Positions 62,352 to 64,000 of a DNA stretch of 64,000 nt are shown piece by piece. Source of the DNA: Okamejei kenojei (Eukaryota). A program made the position numbers and the translations under genes. The number at the start of each line of letters is the position of its first letter. The stretch's first letter is position 1. The stretch covers positions 163,742,001-163,806,000 of the forward strand of contig CM069132.1 of assembly GCA_035221665.1 (NCBI GenBank). The letters are read 5' to 3'. Below the pieces are notes generated by a model. The model was not told the DNA's origin. It ran no database searches and saw nothing but the letters and a program-made list of their open reading frames with translations.

Positions 62352-64000
62352 CATAGAATAATGGAAATTAGGTGCAGGAGTAGGCCATTCGCCCCTTCGA
62401 GCCTGCACCGCCATTCAATATGATCATGGCTGATCATCCAACTCAGTGTCCTGTACCCGCCTTCTCTCCATACCCCCTGATCCCTTCAGCCACAAGGGAC
62501 ACATCTAACTCCCTCTTAAATATAACCAATGAACTGGCCTCAACTACCTTCTGTGGCAGAGAATTCCACAGACTCACCACTCTCTGTGTGAAAAATGATC
62601 TTCTCATCTCGGTCCTAAACGTCTTCCCCTTCATCCTTAAACTGTGACCCCATGTTCTGGAATTCCCCAACATCGGAAACAATCTTCCTGCATCTAGCCT
62701 GCCCAACCCGTTAAGAATTTTGAAAGTCTCTATAAGATCCCCCCTCAATCTCCTAATTTCCAGCGAGTACAATCCGGGTCTATCCAGTCTTTCTTCATAT
62801 GGAAGTCCTGCCATCCCAGGAATCCGTCTGGTGAACCTTCTCTGTGCTCCCTTTATGGCAAGAATGTCTTTCCTCAAGATTTGGAGACCAAAACTGTACG
62901 CAATACTCCAGGTGTGGCCTCACCAAGACCCTGTATAACTGCAGTAGAACCTCCCTGCTCTTGTACTCAAACCCCTTTGCTATGAATGCCAACATACCAT
63001 ACGCTTTCTTCACTGCCTGCTGCACCTGCATGCCTACTTTCAATGACTGGTGTACGAATGACACCCAGGTTTCGTTGCATCTCCCATTTTCCTAATCGGT
63101 CACCGTTCAGATAATAGTCTACCCTCCTGTTTTTGCAGCCAAAGTGGATAACCTCACATTTATCCACATTATACTGCATCTGCCATGCATTTGCCCACTC
63201 ACCCAACCTATCCAAGTCATCTTGCAGCCACCTAGCATCCTCCTCACACCTAACACTGCCCCCCAGCTTCATGTCATCCGCAAACTTGGAGATGTTCCAT
63301 TCAATTCTCTCATCCAGATCATAAATATATATTGTAAATAGCTGTGGTCCCAGCACTGAGCCTTGCGGCACTCCACTAGTCACTGCCTGCCATCCTGAAA
63401 AGGACCCGTTTACTCCTACTCTTTGCTTCCTTTCTGCCAGCCAGTTCTCTATCCACATCAACACTGAACTCCCAATACCATGTGCTTTATGTTTGAATGC
63501 TAATCTCTGATGTGGGACCTTGTTGAAAGCCTTCTGAAAGTCCAAATATAACACATCCACAGGTTCTCCCTTATCCACTCTACTATTACATCCTCGAAAA
63601 ATTATATAAGATTCGTTTGACATGATTTACCTTTCATAAATCCATGCTGACAATGTCCAATGATTTCACCACTTTCCAAATGTGCTGCTATCCCATCTTT
63701 AATAACTGACTCGAGCATTTTCCCCACTACCGATGTTAGACTAACTGGTCTGTAATTCCCCGTTTTCTCTCTCCCTCCCTTTTTAAAAAGTGGGGTTACA
63801 TTAGCTACCTTCCAATCCTCAGGAACTACTCCAGAATCTAAAGAGTTTTGAAAAATTATCACTAATGCATCCACTATTTCTGTGGCTACTTCCTTAAGTA
63901 CTCTGGGATGCAGACTATCTGGCCCTGGGGATTTATCGGCCTTTAATCCATTCAATTTACCTAACACCACTTCCTGGCTAACCTGGATTTCACTCAGTTC
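62352..64000 (-). mobile_element. CR1 LINE 3' half, runs off the window
   Basis: ORFs 63602-63970, 62967-63623, 62795-63064 and 62443-62877. Confidence 0.94.

Overview
Vertebrate genomic DNA, almost certainly from a cartilaginous fish and probably a skate or ray. The evidence is the Ig protein sequence and the CR1/DIRS/Penelope/V-SINE repeat landscape. The only host gene is a complete immunoglobulin mu (IgM) heavy-chain cluster on the minus strand (58322 to 44110). It comprises a leader, a V-D-J exon that is already joined in frame with no RSSs, Cmu1-Cmu4 with secretory tailpiece, TM1 and TM2. All exons are open and phase-compatible, with GT-AG splice sites. This reads as an intact germline-joined (pre-rearranged) IgM able to encode both secreted and membrane forms. 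The remaining ~50 kb is transposon-derived: two DIRS1-type tyrosine-recombinase retrotransposons, a near full-length Rex1/Babar LINE, Gypsy elements, two class I (tRNA-Pro primed) endogenous retroviruses (one young, internally deleted, with TSD), many CR1 and L1 fragments, R2/Hero and Penelope fragments, MITEs and long inverted repeats, a strand-biased (GAGTTT/GAGAGTTT) satellite and several N runs. Coordinates were read by eye. TE family assignments rest on motif recognition, not database searches.
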